Positions 38,201 through 51,569 are shown, counted from the first letter of the stretch. The stretch: DNA of 64,000 nucleotides from Selaginella moellendorffii (GCF_000143415.4 NW_003314262.1:1991046-2055045); one strand, 5' to 3'. Notes: generated by a model from the sequence alone, not told the origin. Made by a program: numbers and translations.

Positions 38201-39869
38201 AACTGACAGTGGTCATAAAAAGCGAAAGCACGTTGGACAGTCGTCGAGATCAGAGGCGTTTGATTCGAAAAGGAAGAAGGGCAACGAAAAGATGATAGGT
38301 AATGCCTCGCGGTTATGGCGTGTGTGCTCATGCCATTCATTGCAGATCAAGGGCTGAGTGAAAGCAGGCAGTCACCACCTCATGACTCAGATTCCTATGG
38401 CGGACTCCCCTTCCCCAATCTCAATGGAGAGGTACAATGGATGAGGGAAGCTTTTCAAGGCAGGGCCACGTTTTTCTCATCTCGTCGTCTTCGAAGGGTG
38501 CAAGAACGTGCAGAAACCATGTTAAGACAGTCGGGTGAGGATACGGTCCTAGGTCACGCACTAAAACAGGCTATGGATGTCTTGTATTTTGAGATGGAGA
38601 CTCGGCCAGATGATTTTCCCAAGATGGTCCTGGAAGAACAAGCCATCCAGCCTGAGCAGCCTATGGAAGAAATGCAGGAGGGGGATGAGGAGCCAGAGAA
38701 AGATAATGAGCAGGAAGAGCAGAAGGACGAAGAGGAGGACAAAGAAGAGGAGGACGAAGAAGAGGAGGACGAAGAGGACTTGGATGGTCCTCACAATGGT
38801 GACGATCACAATAACAACGACGACGATGATGACGACGATGGCCAGCCTGAGGTGGCCAAAGAGCGGCGGAGGAAGGTCATACAAGACAAACCATCAGGTA
38901 AATAATAATACATCCATTCCTAACCTTTTACCATTTCTAACATTGTCCATGTAGGTCGCAGAGCAAATGGTAAGTAGAGATTATTCAGTTGAATTTACAA
39001 ACTCTAGCCTTTAGTGTCGAGGAAGGATAGTGCCAAGCAAGGGTCGAAACGTATGTCCAATCCTTCAGAATCAACAGTGCGCTCAAGTGATATCGGTCCT
39101 AGTTCCTCAATAGCAGTTGATGGTAAATACAGTATAGTCGATTCAATGTGCTAATAAGTTTGTTTTTAGTAGCACGAGAGGATACCATCTCAATCGAAGG
39201 GAGATATTTGGACATGCATATGGATCCGCCAGTGGACTCTACTTGGCTGCAAGAGTCATCAGAGCTGGTGGAGGCTACTATCCATATCAACGCCAAGCAA
39301 GCTGACCACGCTCCACTTGATGCTGCCCATACCACTGAGTCAATCTTGTCCACGTATCCAACTGACGGTGACCAGGCGCCATTGGACCCACATGAGGCCG
39401 CCCCAGCCGCCGAGCCGGTCGTATCCTCATTTCCAACGGACTCAACGTGTGCCCAATCGTCTGACTACGCGCCGTTGGAACCTCCCTACACCGCCCCTGC
39501 TACCTGTTCGGTCATGTCCACTTTGCCAACGGAGGCACCAGCTGAAATGGCGTGTGATCACACGCCATCGGAACCACCCCATGCCACTGTTGAGCCAGTT
39601 GTACCAGAGTCTACAGCTGAAATGGCATGTGCCCACACGCCATCGGATGCGATTGACCCCACATTGCAGAGGAGAGTATTTCCGCCCTTCACGTTTCCTC
39701 GACCAAAACCCTCTCAACGACCATCGGGAGCAACATTCGCTAATATTGTAGATGGTAAAATTGACTTGTACCATTTTTTATGCTGACGCATTTCATTTCA
39801 GAGTCATGGCGAAGGTACTGTATCGTTTTTGATCTGAACGGTGTCCTTTTCTCCCATGAGCGTGGCTGA
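35284..39869 (+). CDS. Multi-exon cargo protein: ParB/Srx-like domain + degenerate beta-class N4/N6 DNA-methyltransferase-like domain + disordered acidic/Pro-rich tail + truncated HAD(NIF/FCP1-like) motif
   Basis: One reading frame is kept across GT-AG introns 36463-36516, 37841-37890, 37978-38033, 38106-38154, 38299-38345, 38898-38954, 38970-39014, 39123-39169 and 39754-39801, to TGA 39867-39869. 5' exons (from ~35042) are unresolved. Domain calls from motifs IDVSRI..YNHRLV..WVEKL..FYAVSGQHS, NPKK..MLSWVF..KCVIEYNSGGLFFRAALLKGVPCVAV and CIVFDLNGVL. Confidence 0.75.
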
Positions 39870-40216
39870 ACGGTGTCCTTTGAGAGGATTTGCATTATAC
39901 TAGAAGTGTTACAGCATGTTATTGGAAGTCTACGAAGTTGTTTTATTAATAATGGGAAAGTAAAGATTGAATGGGGACTTGGGCTCCACCTAGACTCGGA
40001 GCAACTGAGCCAATATTAAAAGGATGGAAAGAAATTGGACGACGATGACAAGGAGAAGAGAGAGGTGAAGCAGTGGCAGGGGGAGGAGAAGTGATTGAGT
40101 AGACATTTCCTTGTTTAAAATAAAATGGCATGTGCCTCAATGCAGTTGAATTTTGTTATATTTATATACTATATAAAGGTTTGGAAACCTTATTTTACAA
40201 GTGGGATAATGACAAT

Positions 40217-40240
40217 TCCCACTTTAACGAAATAGAGCTT
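40217..40240 (-). repeat. Right terminal inverted repeat
   Basis: TCCCACTTTAACGAAATAGAGCTT followed by TSD TAGT. Confidence 0.95.
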
Positions 40241-40244
40241 TAGT

Positions 40245-42603
40245 GGAAGTAACATAGCTATATCAAGTGATAGGGAGTTCATCTTAGAGTTTGATTTTTC
40301 ATATTATTTTTTTGTTAATGTTTTGGTTTTATACTGAATCTTGAAAATGATTGAAGAGTGTTAGTGTGATATAAATATTTGAAGATATGGTATTTGTGAT
40401 AAAGTCTTGGGTATTTATTAACATTTGTAACAATCAACATTGGATATCGGATATATAGATATGATGTTCATCATTTATGTATACTAATGGGTCATGGGAA
40501 TTTGTATTGAGATGAACTTATATGAAGTTATAAATAGAAAGAAGTTGGTTGAGTCTTGAGAATTTACATTCATAGATTAAAAGTTATTCTTTCTCTAGAA
40601 TGAAAAATTTTCCATAAAATTTCTTAGGCTTTTCCAATGACTAATCTATTGATCATTTTGCTCAAAAACCATTTTGTTTTTATGAACCATTACAAATTGG
40701 TGAAAGGGTTAGTATTTACTTTAGTTAACTTAAACCTTAGTAAATAGTTTGTGTGATGTGACTTCAAGGGATGTTAATTTTTAGATCTAAAGCAATTGAG
40801 TTAGATAAAGTCTAAAATTAGAGTAAAAAAGTCATTGTTGCACTTTTTTAGAAAGATGACCTTATGTGTTTTTTTTTTCTGAGCACTTTATATTTGGTTA
40901 AACTCTATAAGAATAGTGAGTTCTCCTTGATCTTGACTTAGTCTTAATAACATGCCTTAACTAAGGATAGTGATGTTTAACTTAGTTATTCTAATAGTCC
41001 TTACTTTAGTTTTGGCTAAGCATTGATCATTCATAACTAGCTCTTTAATTATACTTAAAGTTATTAGCTAAACATATTGATAGGCTTATCATTGTAAGAT
41101 TGAATTTGAGTAGTTATTTTATCTATACTTATTCGTGATCCTTATGTTGTATCTAGAGTATTTTCTTATATGACTCATTTATATGAGTTTAGTGTTTGGG
41201 GTCTGATGTAGATAACTTGAAAGGTAATTGTTAGTTACTTGCAACTAGTGATTGCTTGTAGACTTTATTAATTACTGTTGACACTTTACTTAGACATGGT
41301 GATTCACATTTTGATGATGTGTTATTTATAGTTAAATATTATTAAAATATTGGTCTTAAATATTAAATAAGGTATCTTTGATTTTGGTTAAATTGGTTGT
41401 TAAAGAGTTTAAGTGGTGGTTCACTTTTGCTTTGTTTTTGTGTTGATGGCATTGAAGTGATGCTTTGACATTGATATTAAAGTGAGATGAAATATTTCTT
41501 TAAAGACATATTGAGGATGTTAAATTTTTCATCTATAGTGATTCAAATGGTTGATGATTATTTGGGTTTATTAGAGATTGATATTTTGTTTTACTAATTT
41601 TGTAAGATGGTGTTGATTATTTAGCCATATCTTTGTATCATTAGCATTCATGCATCTTGCTAGTTAACAACTATATTAGTGTTCAAATAAACTGAATGGT
41701 AAATTGGGTTAACTATGTTCTAGATGAGATTGCTTAGTAGAGGTTTAAGCTTTGGTTTTTCCTTGAAAGAATTATTTAATTATGAACTATACTTAAAAAG
41801 TGTTCATCAAATTGATCCTCTATAAATCCATTTGCTAACAAGCATAATAAGGATTATCAATGATTGATAATGTCAACTCAAGTTTAACAATGATCTAACA
41901 ACTCCATTACTAACTCTTCCTTTTGCAAAACTAATATAGCTTTGTTATGTTTAACTTTTGGATAAATGCAAATATGTTTTTTATTAGCTTTTGCATTATA
42001 AAGCTTTAGATGTGCTGGAAACATGTTGTGGGGTTACATTATGAATTCTTTTTTAGCATTAAAGTTAGTTAATGCAAAATTTATGATCATTATTATCCAA
42101 GATTTAGCTATAGACTTATTTTGAGTTTTGGTTATTTGAGTTTTCATACATATTATTTCATTTATTAAGAGTTGTCAGAGAAGGTATTTTGGCTCATTAT
42201 CTTTGATGTTCAAATTAACTTCTACATCTTGCATTCATTGGTAATGATTGATTTCTATTTGGGATAGCTGATTATTTTTGTTAGAGGTCTTGCCTAATTA
42301 TCATTGATATTTGATGATTTTGCCATTCTTTAAGATGGTTAATTATTTTTTGAACTGAATGTGGAGTTGTTTCCTTAGTAGTGGTTTAAACTAAAGTATG
42401 CATCTATGAGGATATTGATGTTTTTAAAGAGGGGAGCATGTCACAAATGTAATTGTGGGTATTAAAAGTTATCAATCAGCAAGTTTTTTCAAATATTCTT
42501 TTTTTACTACTATGACGGTAAAAGATCAATATTGGTAAGCCTTTTAACAATCCTTCTTCTATAATTAAATTTTAATGGGTATTTTGAGTGCATTTAGATT
42601 GGG
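40245..42603 (+). mobile_element. Strongly decayed copy of the 8857-12157 retroelement interior plus the start of its LTR (~42438)
   Basis: Shared blocks (gaagttggttgagtcttga, aaagcaattgagtt, gttgatggcattgaagtgatgc). Purine tract followed by tgtcacaaatgt at ~42426-42450. Confidence 0.7.
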
Positions 42604-45600
42604 TGTAGCGCACATAGTTTTTACCCTTTATTCTATGGTGATTTATCATAAGATAACAACGGAAGCGAAACTTAAACCCTCTATGTGCCACATGTCACAT
42701 GCCATGTGTCCAAAGGACAATGGTGTGGAACCCGAGGTTTAGGGCTTTGGGCCACTGAACGAAGGAATAGTGCCAAACTCCCAAGCGTGGAGCTAAGGAG
42801 TGATGGAACCGGACCATGGAGCAACTCCCAAGCATAATGCCTAAAGAGGAAAGCGATAGAAGCCTAGAGCGACTTGGAACAGTCCTAGGACAACTAGCAT
42901 CCCAATGCCAGGACCAGCACGCAAAACGAAGCCAAACGGAGTTTGGCACTATTTTAGCATACCGATGGCCTAACGCGAAGATATGGGTACTCTATCAACT
43001 AGCATGGTATGGAACTTAGGCTTACACCCAAGCCGGACACAGAACAAAGACAGGCACACAAGTAGAAGCTAAACTATGCCTTGGGTTGGTCAGCCATGCC
43101 TGACCTACCCACTATCCCTACTACATTTGGAACCCCCTATAGCTCCCCCCCCTTCCTTGAGGAACACACATTTTGGGCTTTCACCCCAAGCCTCCCTTAG
43201 TACCAGGAGTTAGTATCTGGGACAAGCTCGAAACTTACTAAATATGGAATGTTCTTAGATTGCGAATTTGGACACGAGACGAACACCATTGTGTTCAGGC
43301 TGACCTCTACATTCTGTAGATATGCCAAATAAACAAATCTGGACACTTCCCATAAATAGCATTTGGGACCGGAATGAAACTAACATAAAGAGTTTGATAG
43401 TGAGGGTGTTTGGCAGAAACGGTAAGCTATCATCCAGCAATATTCAGGGACCAATTTCAATATATGAGGGCTTTTGTCAAGTTAGTGCAAGACAGAGCAA
43501 AAAAAAACTAAGAGCCAAGCCGAGTATGCTCAGCTAGAAACATATAGGAGTTCCTACTTTATGTCCATCTGGCTAAGTACAGGTGCTAAGCCCAATTTAC
43601 TAACACTTGAACAAGAGGGGTTGATAAAGGGAATCAGCAATACCGACCTCCTGCCATCGTGGCAGTAAGGAAAAAGTGTCCATAAGGACTGGCCGACAAA
43701 TAACTTTTGATACCTGAAGTCATATTCACGACACTCTCCCCCCCTAGGGAAGATCGACGTTCTCGTCGATGCATACTCAAGTCTAGAATACCACCAAAGA
43801 AACAATTCTAGAAAAAGTTCACGGTATTCACACTATGTGAGAAATGCACCAACTTAAATGAGTTAAGAGGCAACCTCTTTGTCTAACGTGGATGCGCTAC
43901 CAACTCAGACACCTTCTGGCCATCATCGACAAGGAAATGACCAATAGAGCCAGCTACCCTTGCTACTCTAGGTGTCACCTAGCTTACAAAAGTGTGATAC
44001 GCCTCTGCCCATAGGGACATAGAGAGAGAAGCCAGAGGCCCTAACCCTCATGAGCAAAAAAACCAAACTCGTCAATAAGGTTTATATAGACTATTGTAAA
44101 TAGGCAGTTAGAGTTGTTTACACGGTTAAACTCTTTTAACAGAATAAGGAACATTGACAGAGAGGTGGGTGATGTGACCAGTCGACAGCTACCCATGATT
44201 AAAGATTTCACCATGCATACGAAGTGCCGAAGCCAGTCTCTCTATGCTGGCCCAAATTCAAAAATCAATAAATGGACGATATCAAAGTCATAGACAATGA
44301 TATCTTAGAGTCTTAAGTATCAATGAATAATGCTTAGATTAGAACACAAAATTATTCCAAGTAAATTATCATCTGATAAACTAGTATTATAGTATAGGAA
44401 CCACTAAGATCACTATCATTGGAAAACATACGATTCAGCATCCAAAAAAATTTAATAGCAAGTATATCATCAAAGAAACTCAATGATGAAATTTAACTAT
44501 CGAAGATGGCAGACAGTATACCAAACAACTTACAAAAGATAACTCAAATAACACAAAGTATCATTGACTAGTAATCACAATGCTCGCGAATATATCACCC
44601 AAAGAAACTAACATCCTAATCTATTAGAACTAACTCAAGCAATGATCAATAGAACAAAATGAATGTTGCAGGACCAATAAACATAGCATTCATGCTAACC
44701 ATCGCACTAACCAATCTAAATAGATCCCTGTCAACAATATAAAGGAACTTAAATTGCTTAAGCAAGTGTCAGCAACATCTTACTGATGTCTCAAACCCAA
44801 TAGACCAATCCAGAGCAAATCACAAAGAACATGTGGTATTAAAAAAAGGCATAAGCCATCAAAGAGAACAACTAACTATCATAAAAGAATATCAATCATC
44901 CCACGAATGAAGAGATGCATAATCATCATCGAAGAAAGAATCTACCATCCTGAAGAACGGCAAATCATTCTATACCAACAATAATCAAGCAAAATCTTTT
45001 GACAAGGACAATCAACCATTCTAGATGATAGTCAATCATCATTAATGATTGCTAAATGCAAAAGTTAACTTCAACATTGAAGCGAATAAGCCAAAATGCC
45101 TTCCCTAATAACTTCTAGCAAATGGTCCACAAGCATGAAAACTTAAGGAACCAAAAGCTCGAAGAAGCCCATAGCTAAGTCTTGTATAACAATGATCACA
45201 AAGCTTGTATGGACTAACTTCAATGCTAAAGAAGAAATCATGGTGCAACCCACAATATCTTCCTTAATACATCCATAAGTCAAACATCATAATGCCAAAG
45301 TGTAAGCGACTAATTTTTCCATTCTACTTTAGTCACTTAACCACACCTCCGACCACTTGGAGGAGTCTCATTCACAACCTCCATAAGTCCCATTCAGGAC
45401 TTGGGGCTTGCTAGCCCCGAGAATGGCATCCATGCCACTCAACCTTTGCACTTGGTCCAAATGCTCCACGTGTCTGATCCCATGACCGACACCCAAAGGT
45501 ACCACTGACATCTCGGCCCGTTATGCTAAGGCCATGCCCATTCACCTTTGCTGCACTAGTGGTCCAATACCACTTGCATCACCATCCCGTCTCTCCAAGA

Positions 45601-48146
45601 CTGGGCCATCTGTCCACGAGGGGTCATCCTAGATCCACTCCTTAGCATCCTTAGGATGCCCACAGACCTGGGGAATCGCCTTCCCCAAAGTCCCTTTGTC
45701 AGTTCCTACCAAGTCCCTTTCTGCCCCTGGCCGTGTTTGCCAACATTGCCACTGGATCGAGGCCCACAGGCCCGACCACTAAGTCCCACGGTCCTCTGGG
45801 ACTTCCTCACCACACGACTGTGTCCTTGGTCACTACCCCAGAGGACTGCTCCTCTTCCTTTCCACAGTCTGGGCCTTTGGGACGACATTTCGGAACACCG
45901 TGGCCTTATGCGAGCCACCTGGGTACTCTCCCCACCTATCGCCTTTAGGTGCTCTAGCCATGGGCTTAGAGCGAGGTTCCGTTGAGCCACGCCTGGTATC
46001 CAAGTAGGTAGTGCCACCCACACTTGGACTGGGAGCATCGGCCAATCGATCTCCCAGGGGAACTAGAGCCGGCTCTTGAACACTTCACCAAGCTACCCCG
46101 CTTGTCGGTCCGTATTCACTCTAGTCTTGGATTTCCCAGTGGTCAGTTCATCACCCAACACTGGGTCTGGCCTTCCTGGGCCAAACTGGCCTTTCCTGGC
46201 CAAACTGGCTCCACTGCAGTCCTCCCCCTTACTATACTTTTGGAGCTCACCAAACCCCCCTAGGGTCTGGGAGACAAACGCTTTGGGCTTTCACCCTCTC
46301 AGACTCGAACTCGGACTCCAACTCGGACTCGGACTCGGACTCGGACTCGGACTCGGACTCGGACTCGGACTCGGGCTCGGTCTAGGCCTCCACCTCGGTC
46401 TCGGTCTCGGTCCCGGTCTTGGTCTCGGTCTCGGTCCCGGTCTCAGTCTCGGTCTCGGTCTCGGTCCCGGTCTCAGTCTCGACCTCGGACTCCATCTCGG
46501 GTCCTTCTCGGACTCCATCTTGGATTCCATCTCGGGTCCATCTCGGACTCTGTCTCGGTCCATCTCGGACTCCATCTCGGACTCCACTTCGGACTCCATC
46601 TCGGACTCCATCTCGGACTCCACCTCGGACTCCATCTCAGACTCCATCTCGGTCCATCTCGGACTCCATCTCAGACTCCGTCTCGGTCCATCTCGGACTC
46701 CATCTCGGACTCCACTTCGGACTCCATCTCGGACTCCACTTCGGACTCCATCTCGGACTCCATCTCGGACTCCGTCTTGGTCCATCTCGGACCCATCTCG
46801 AACACTTCCACGTGTCATGTGTTGGTCCTTTTGGGTCCCTTTTTGGAGCCTCGCTTATTGCTCGCTTTGTGCTTGTTCCTCAAGCACTTTGTTGGGAGTT
46901 CCACTCCCGCTCTCGACCTTCTAAGTCAGAGCTTTTAGTCCAAATGGGTCACGCTCGTTTGGCTTTCGCTTCAGCCACTACCACGTGGCACCCTTTCCAG
47001 CTCCACTTTGGGGCCTAGGGATTTTGTGTCTCACACAAAGCTAATGAAGAGCATATCTGCATCAATCCAAAAGCCAAGCACAATGAAGTTTTGCTTAACA
47101 AGTGATCATCAAACTGATCCTCCATAAATTCATCTATAGCAAGATGTAACTCACTTCATAACAAGTACAAGAAGAATCACTAATGATTAATATATCCTAA
47201 CTCAAATCTTATAAGGATTCAAACGTTTCAATATTGATCACTAACTCTTCGTCTCATAAAGTTAGCATAGTTTATGACTGAATCACTTTTCAAGTAAAAG
47301 CCAAAACTCAGCCTATACTAAACAATCTCATCTAGAACATAACTAACTCAAACTTGCTACTCAGTTCATTTGAAAATCAATATAGTTGCTATCTAGCAAT
47401 TGTACAAATGCCAATAACACAAAGCCATAGCCAAATCATCAACACGATCTTCATCGAGACTAATGAAACTCAACATCAATCTTTCGGAGAGATATCTCAT
47501 TTCACTCAAATCTCAACATCAACAATGTCAATGACATAACATTACTTCAATGCTATCGGTACCAGAACAAAGCTAGAAGAAAACAACAGTGAATCACCAC
47601 TCAAAACTCTCGTACAACCAAGCTAACCAAAGTCAAAGATACTATACTTAGTATCTAAGACTAGTTCTTCAACAATACTCAGCTACAGATAACACTTTAT
47701 CAAGGAGTGAATCACCACATCCAAGACTTAATGAAATTCAACACCACGGATTAAATGTAACCAAAAGATATCGACAAAAGAATCGACATGCCAACCTATG
47801 TAAGTCTAATGACACGATCCTCTGCAACACCATTCGGTAAAGCAAGTCCATCATTGCTAAATCATCATCTAGCAAAGCAAGTGTCAACAATCCTCAATGA
47901 TGTCTACAAACAATCACTAGTCGCAAAGTAACTAACAATCACTCTTCAACTTGCCTTCACAAGACCTAAACACTAAGCTCGCGCTATCAAGTTATATACT
48001 TGACCAACATGAACGTAATACTCCAAATATGAGATAAAAGTTTATGGACAAGCATAAACTAAATGACCACTTAAATCCAACTCAACTATTATAAACTCAC
48101 TAATGCATTTAGCCAATAGCTTCGAGCATGCCTTGAAGAGGCTAGC
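42604..48146 (-). mobile_element. LTR retroelement remnant: composite 3' LTR 42604-43733, PPT 43734-43745 and decayed interior, interrupted by a solo LTR
   Basis: Reverse-complement homolog of ~9470-13280. Confidence 0.8.
45301..47035 (-). repeat. Solo LTR (1735 bp) of the 19243-25432 family
   Basis: TGTGAGA...CTTACA termini, TSD CAAAG at 45296-45300 and 47036-47040, collinear with 23655-25432. Confidence 0.92.
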
Positions 48147-50167
48147 TGTCGTGAATGTGACTTCGGGTATCGAAAGTTATCTGTCGACTAGTCCTTACGG
48201 ACACTCTTACTTTACTGCCACGATGGCAAGAGGTCGGTATTGCTGGACCCGTTATTAGTCTCCGCCTAAGCTAGTTGAGAAACTGGTCATCACATGTGCA
48301 CTTAGACCAGAAGGGCACTAAGGAAGGAAATCCTAAGTTGTCATTTAGTCCAGTAGACTTGACACGGTGATGAGAAACTCATGATGTTAGCTTGCACTTG
48401 CTAGTGTTAGGAACCCCCGCGATATTGAGCTTGGTCCCTCAATATCGCTAGATGATAGTTTACCGTGTCTGCCAAACACCCTTGCTATCATGCCCTTTGT
48501 GTTAGTCTCATTTCGGTCCTAAATGCTATTTATGGAAAGTGTCTAGATTTGCTCATTTGGCATGTCTATGGAATGTAGAGGTCGGCCTGAACACAATGGT
48601 GTTCGTCCCGTGTCCAAATTCGCAATCTAAGGACATTCCATATTTAGTAAGTTTCGAGCTTGTCCCAAAGACTAATGTAAGCCACAAATTTTTCCTTTCC
48701 AATTTGCCAGCTTACCTCGACTATCTGACCAACTCTACCTTGGCTTGTGCTAAGTTCCCTCGCCAAGGTTCTCGCCTATGGTACCAGCTCCTACTTGGTC
48801 CTACTTGGTTTCAGCTACTCACTGCACGAGCAACGGAGTGTTAGCCATCCATCCACGGATTCCCAAATCTCTCTCAATCCCCCTCCCCGGGTTAGACTGG
48901 ACTTAAGGTTCAGCTACACTCCCCGCAGGCACAAGCAGCCAAGCACACCAAGCCTCCAGATTCCTAACACCCCTTGGTACCACAAGACTTGATCATGGGA
49001 CCCTCTAAATCCCAANNNNNNNNNNNNNNNNNNNNNNNNNNNNNNNNNNNNNNNNNNNNNNNNNNNNNNNNNNNNNNNNNNNNNNNNNNNNNNNNNNNNN
49101 NNNNNNNNNNNNNNNAGGGAAGGCCCAAGCCCCCGGAAGGGCGAGGACCAATGTGCCACAAGGTACTCAAGTGGGGCACCACTCCACCTGAGCCGGGAGC
49201 ACCGCAGTCGGTTTCCCTTTCGGGAGTGGGAGCTGCTCTTGAGCACTTCCTTGGATGGCCCCTCCGGCACCAGCCAAGTCCATGCTCACTCCCACCCAAG
49301 GCCCCTCGGTCCCAGTCTCAACCTCAAGTCGGTTTGGAAGCCCAACTGGAGAGTCCCTTCAAAACTGGTTCCTGGACCTCACTATCCCTACTATACTTTT
49401 GGAACCCCCTGCAGCCCCCCCCCCCCCCCCCCTGGGAGATGCATGCTTTGGGCTTTCACCCCTTGACCCGTATTAGTATTTGGACTTAGTCTCTGGCTCG
49501 ATCTCGGACCCGATTTCGGATCCGACTTCGGCTTCGGTCTCGGACTCGATCTTGGACTCGATCTTGGACCCGATCTCGGACTCGACCTCGGACTCGGTCT
49601 CGGACCCGATTTCGGATCTCGGACTCCGTCTCGAACTCGGTCTCGAACTCGGACTCGAACTCGGTCCCCGAGTTGGTCTCGGACTCGATTCCGGACTCTA
49701 TCTCGAACTCGGTCCTAGAGTCGGTCTTGGACTCGATCCTCAACTTGGTCCCATCCGATGAACTCTTTGTCATTTCGGTCAAGCTTTTGGGGATTCTTTA
49801 GCCTATGACATCTCGGGGAGTCGGTTCCTTACAACTCCACCACCCATAGAAGAAGTTCGATGCCCACATCGAACGTCTCGTTTTATCCTACGACTTGTTG
49901 ACCATGTCTCCGGGGGCATCCCCCCACTTAGCGGTGTGCCTAAGTTAGCCTCCCCAGCCAAGAGCCCATGACAACGGAATATAGGTGTCCCTATACTCCT
50001 CACCTCACCACGCCCTAGTATGGGGTCGGGACTTGAACCCAACCTTGCTTTACTAGGGGGTTGGGACTCGAACCCAACCTCCGTAGAATACGTCTACGGA
50101 TTTGACATCCCCGCGGGGAGTCGGGCGTAGTGCCCTACGCCTGGTCAACCTATCCAACCCATGCTAA

Positions 50168-51563
50168 TTAGCTTACACGCAAATGTCCAAAAGCACATTT
50201 ACTTTCCTTAGCATACAATTGGTGTTCACGCAATTTCTGAAACACCAGCTCCAAGTGTTTCAAATGATCCTCCAATGTTTCATTGAAGACTAGAACATCA
50301 TCAATATATAGGACAACAAATGCATCTAAATAATTTCCGAATATTTTATTCATCATAGTGTTGAACATTGCCGGAGCATTGCATAACCCAAATAGCATGA
50401 CTAGGAACAATTAAGATCCATACCAAGTCTTAAAGGTTGTCTTCTCCACATCCTGATCTGCCACCCGTATCTGATGATACCGGAACCACAAATCAAGTCG
50501 CGTAAAACACTTAGCCTTTAAGAGTTGGTCAAACAAGTCATCAATGCGAAGCAAAGGATAACTGTTTTTGACCATGATTTTGTTGAATGCCCAATAGTCG
50601 ATACACATCCTCATGGTTCCATCCTTTTTCATAACAAAAAGGACTAACTCTCCATAAGGTGATTTACTTGGTTAGATATAACATTTGTCAAAAAGCTTCA
50701 TGAGTTGCTTCTTGAGTTCAGCCATCTCCTTGATGTTTAAATGATACAGAGCTTTTGTAGGTGGTTTAGAACCCAGAATAACCTTAATCTAATGATCAAC
50801 CTCACGGCTAAGAGGTAGCCCTAGTGGCAAATCCTTTGGGAAGATATCCTGATTTTGTGCCAACAACTCCAATATCTATATAACCTTTGTCAAGAAGCTT
50901 CGTGAGTTGTTTCTTGAGTTCTGCCATCTCCTTGATGTTTAATTGATATAGAGCCTTCGTAGGTGGTTTAAAACCCAGAATAACCTCAATCTGATGATCA
51001 ACCTCACGGCTAGGAGGTAGCCTTGGCAGTAAATCCTTCGGGAAAATATCCTGATTCCTCGCCAACAACTCCAATATCTTCTTTGGTACAGGATCAACCC
51101 CCTCGCCGATTCGAATTGAGTCACCAACACCCTCAACTTCCATCATTTAAACCCAAAAGGTTTGACATCCCCTCTTAGTTGCTTTTTGAGCAGCCCTCGC
51201 CGTCAGGAACTTTGCATCCCAATCCTATGAGGAACACTTTTGCAACTGGAAGGACACATTGGGTCGTCCTTCTAACTTCAATATGATACAACTTTGTCCA
51301 GCACCATAAATCCCTTTAATATATTTGTTGAAGAAATCTATACCAAACACCATCTGAAAATCTAGTATCTTCAACACTACCAAGTCCACTTTTTCTTTCC
51401 ACTTAGATATCTTTATTGGAATATCACTCACAAACTTTCTAGCTACTTGTCCACCTTCCGTAAACCAGAAGTGCATAGGTGACATTTGCTCAGCATTCAA
51501 TCCTAACAACTTAACTAAGTCTTCGGATATCACGCTATGCGTAGCTCCCGTGTCAATCATCAC
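50168..51563 (-). pseudogene. pol: Gypsy pol fragments: aspartic protease and reverse transcriptase; RNase H and integrase missing
   Basis: MIDTGATHSVIS, KKDGTMRMCIDY, FGLCNAPAMF and YIDDVLVF. About 200-bp internal tandem duplication (50677-50877 / 50878-51077). Confidence 0.9.
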
Positions 51564-51569
51564 TCGGAT

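Larger units (their letters stand above)
27666..40240 (-). mobile_element. Complete 12.6-kb Sola-like (probably Sola1) DNA transposon, copy 2
   Basis: Perfect 24-bp TIRs AAGCTCTATTTCGTTAAAGTGGGA (27666-27689 / 40217-40240). 4-bp TSD TAGT (27662-27665, 40241-40244). Intact transposase plus a divergent cargo gene. Confidence 0.92.
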
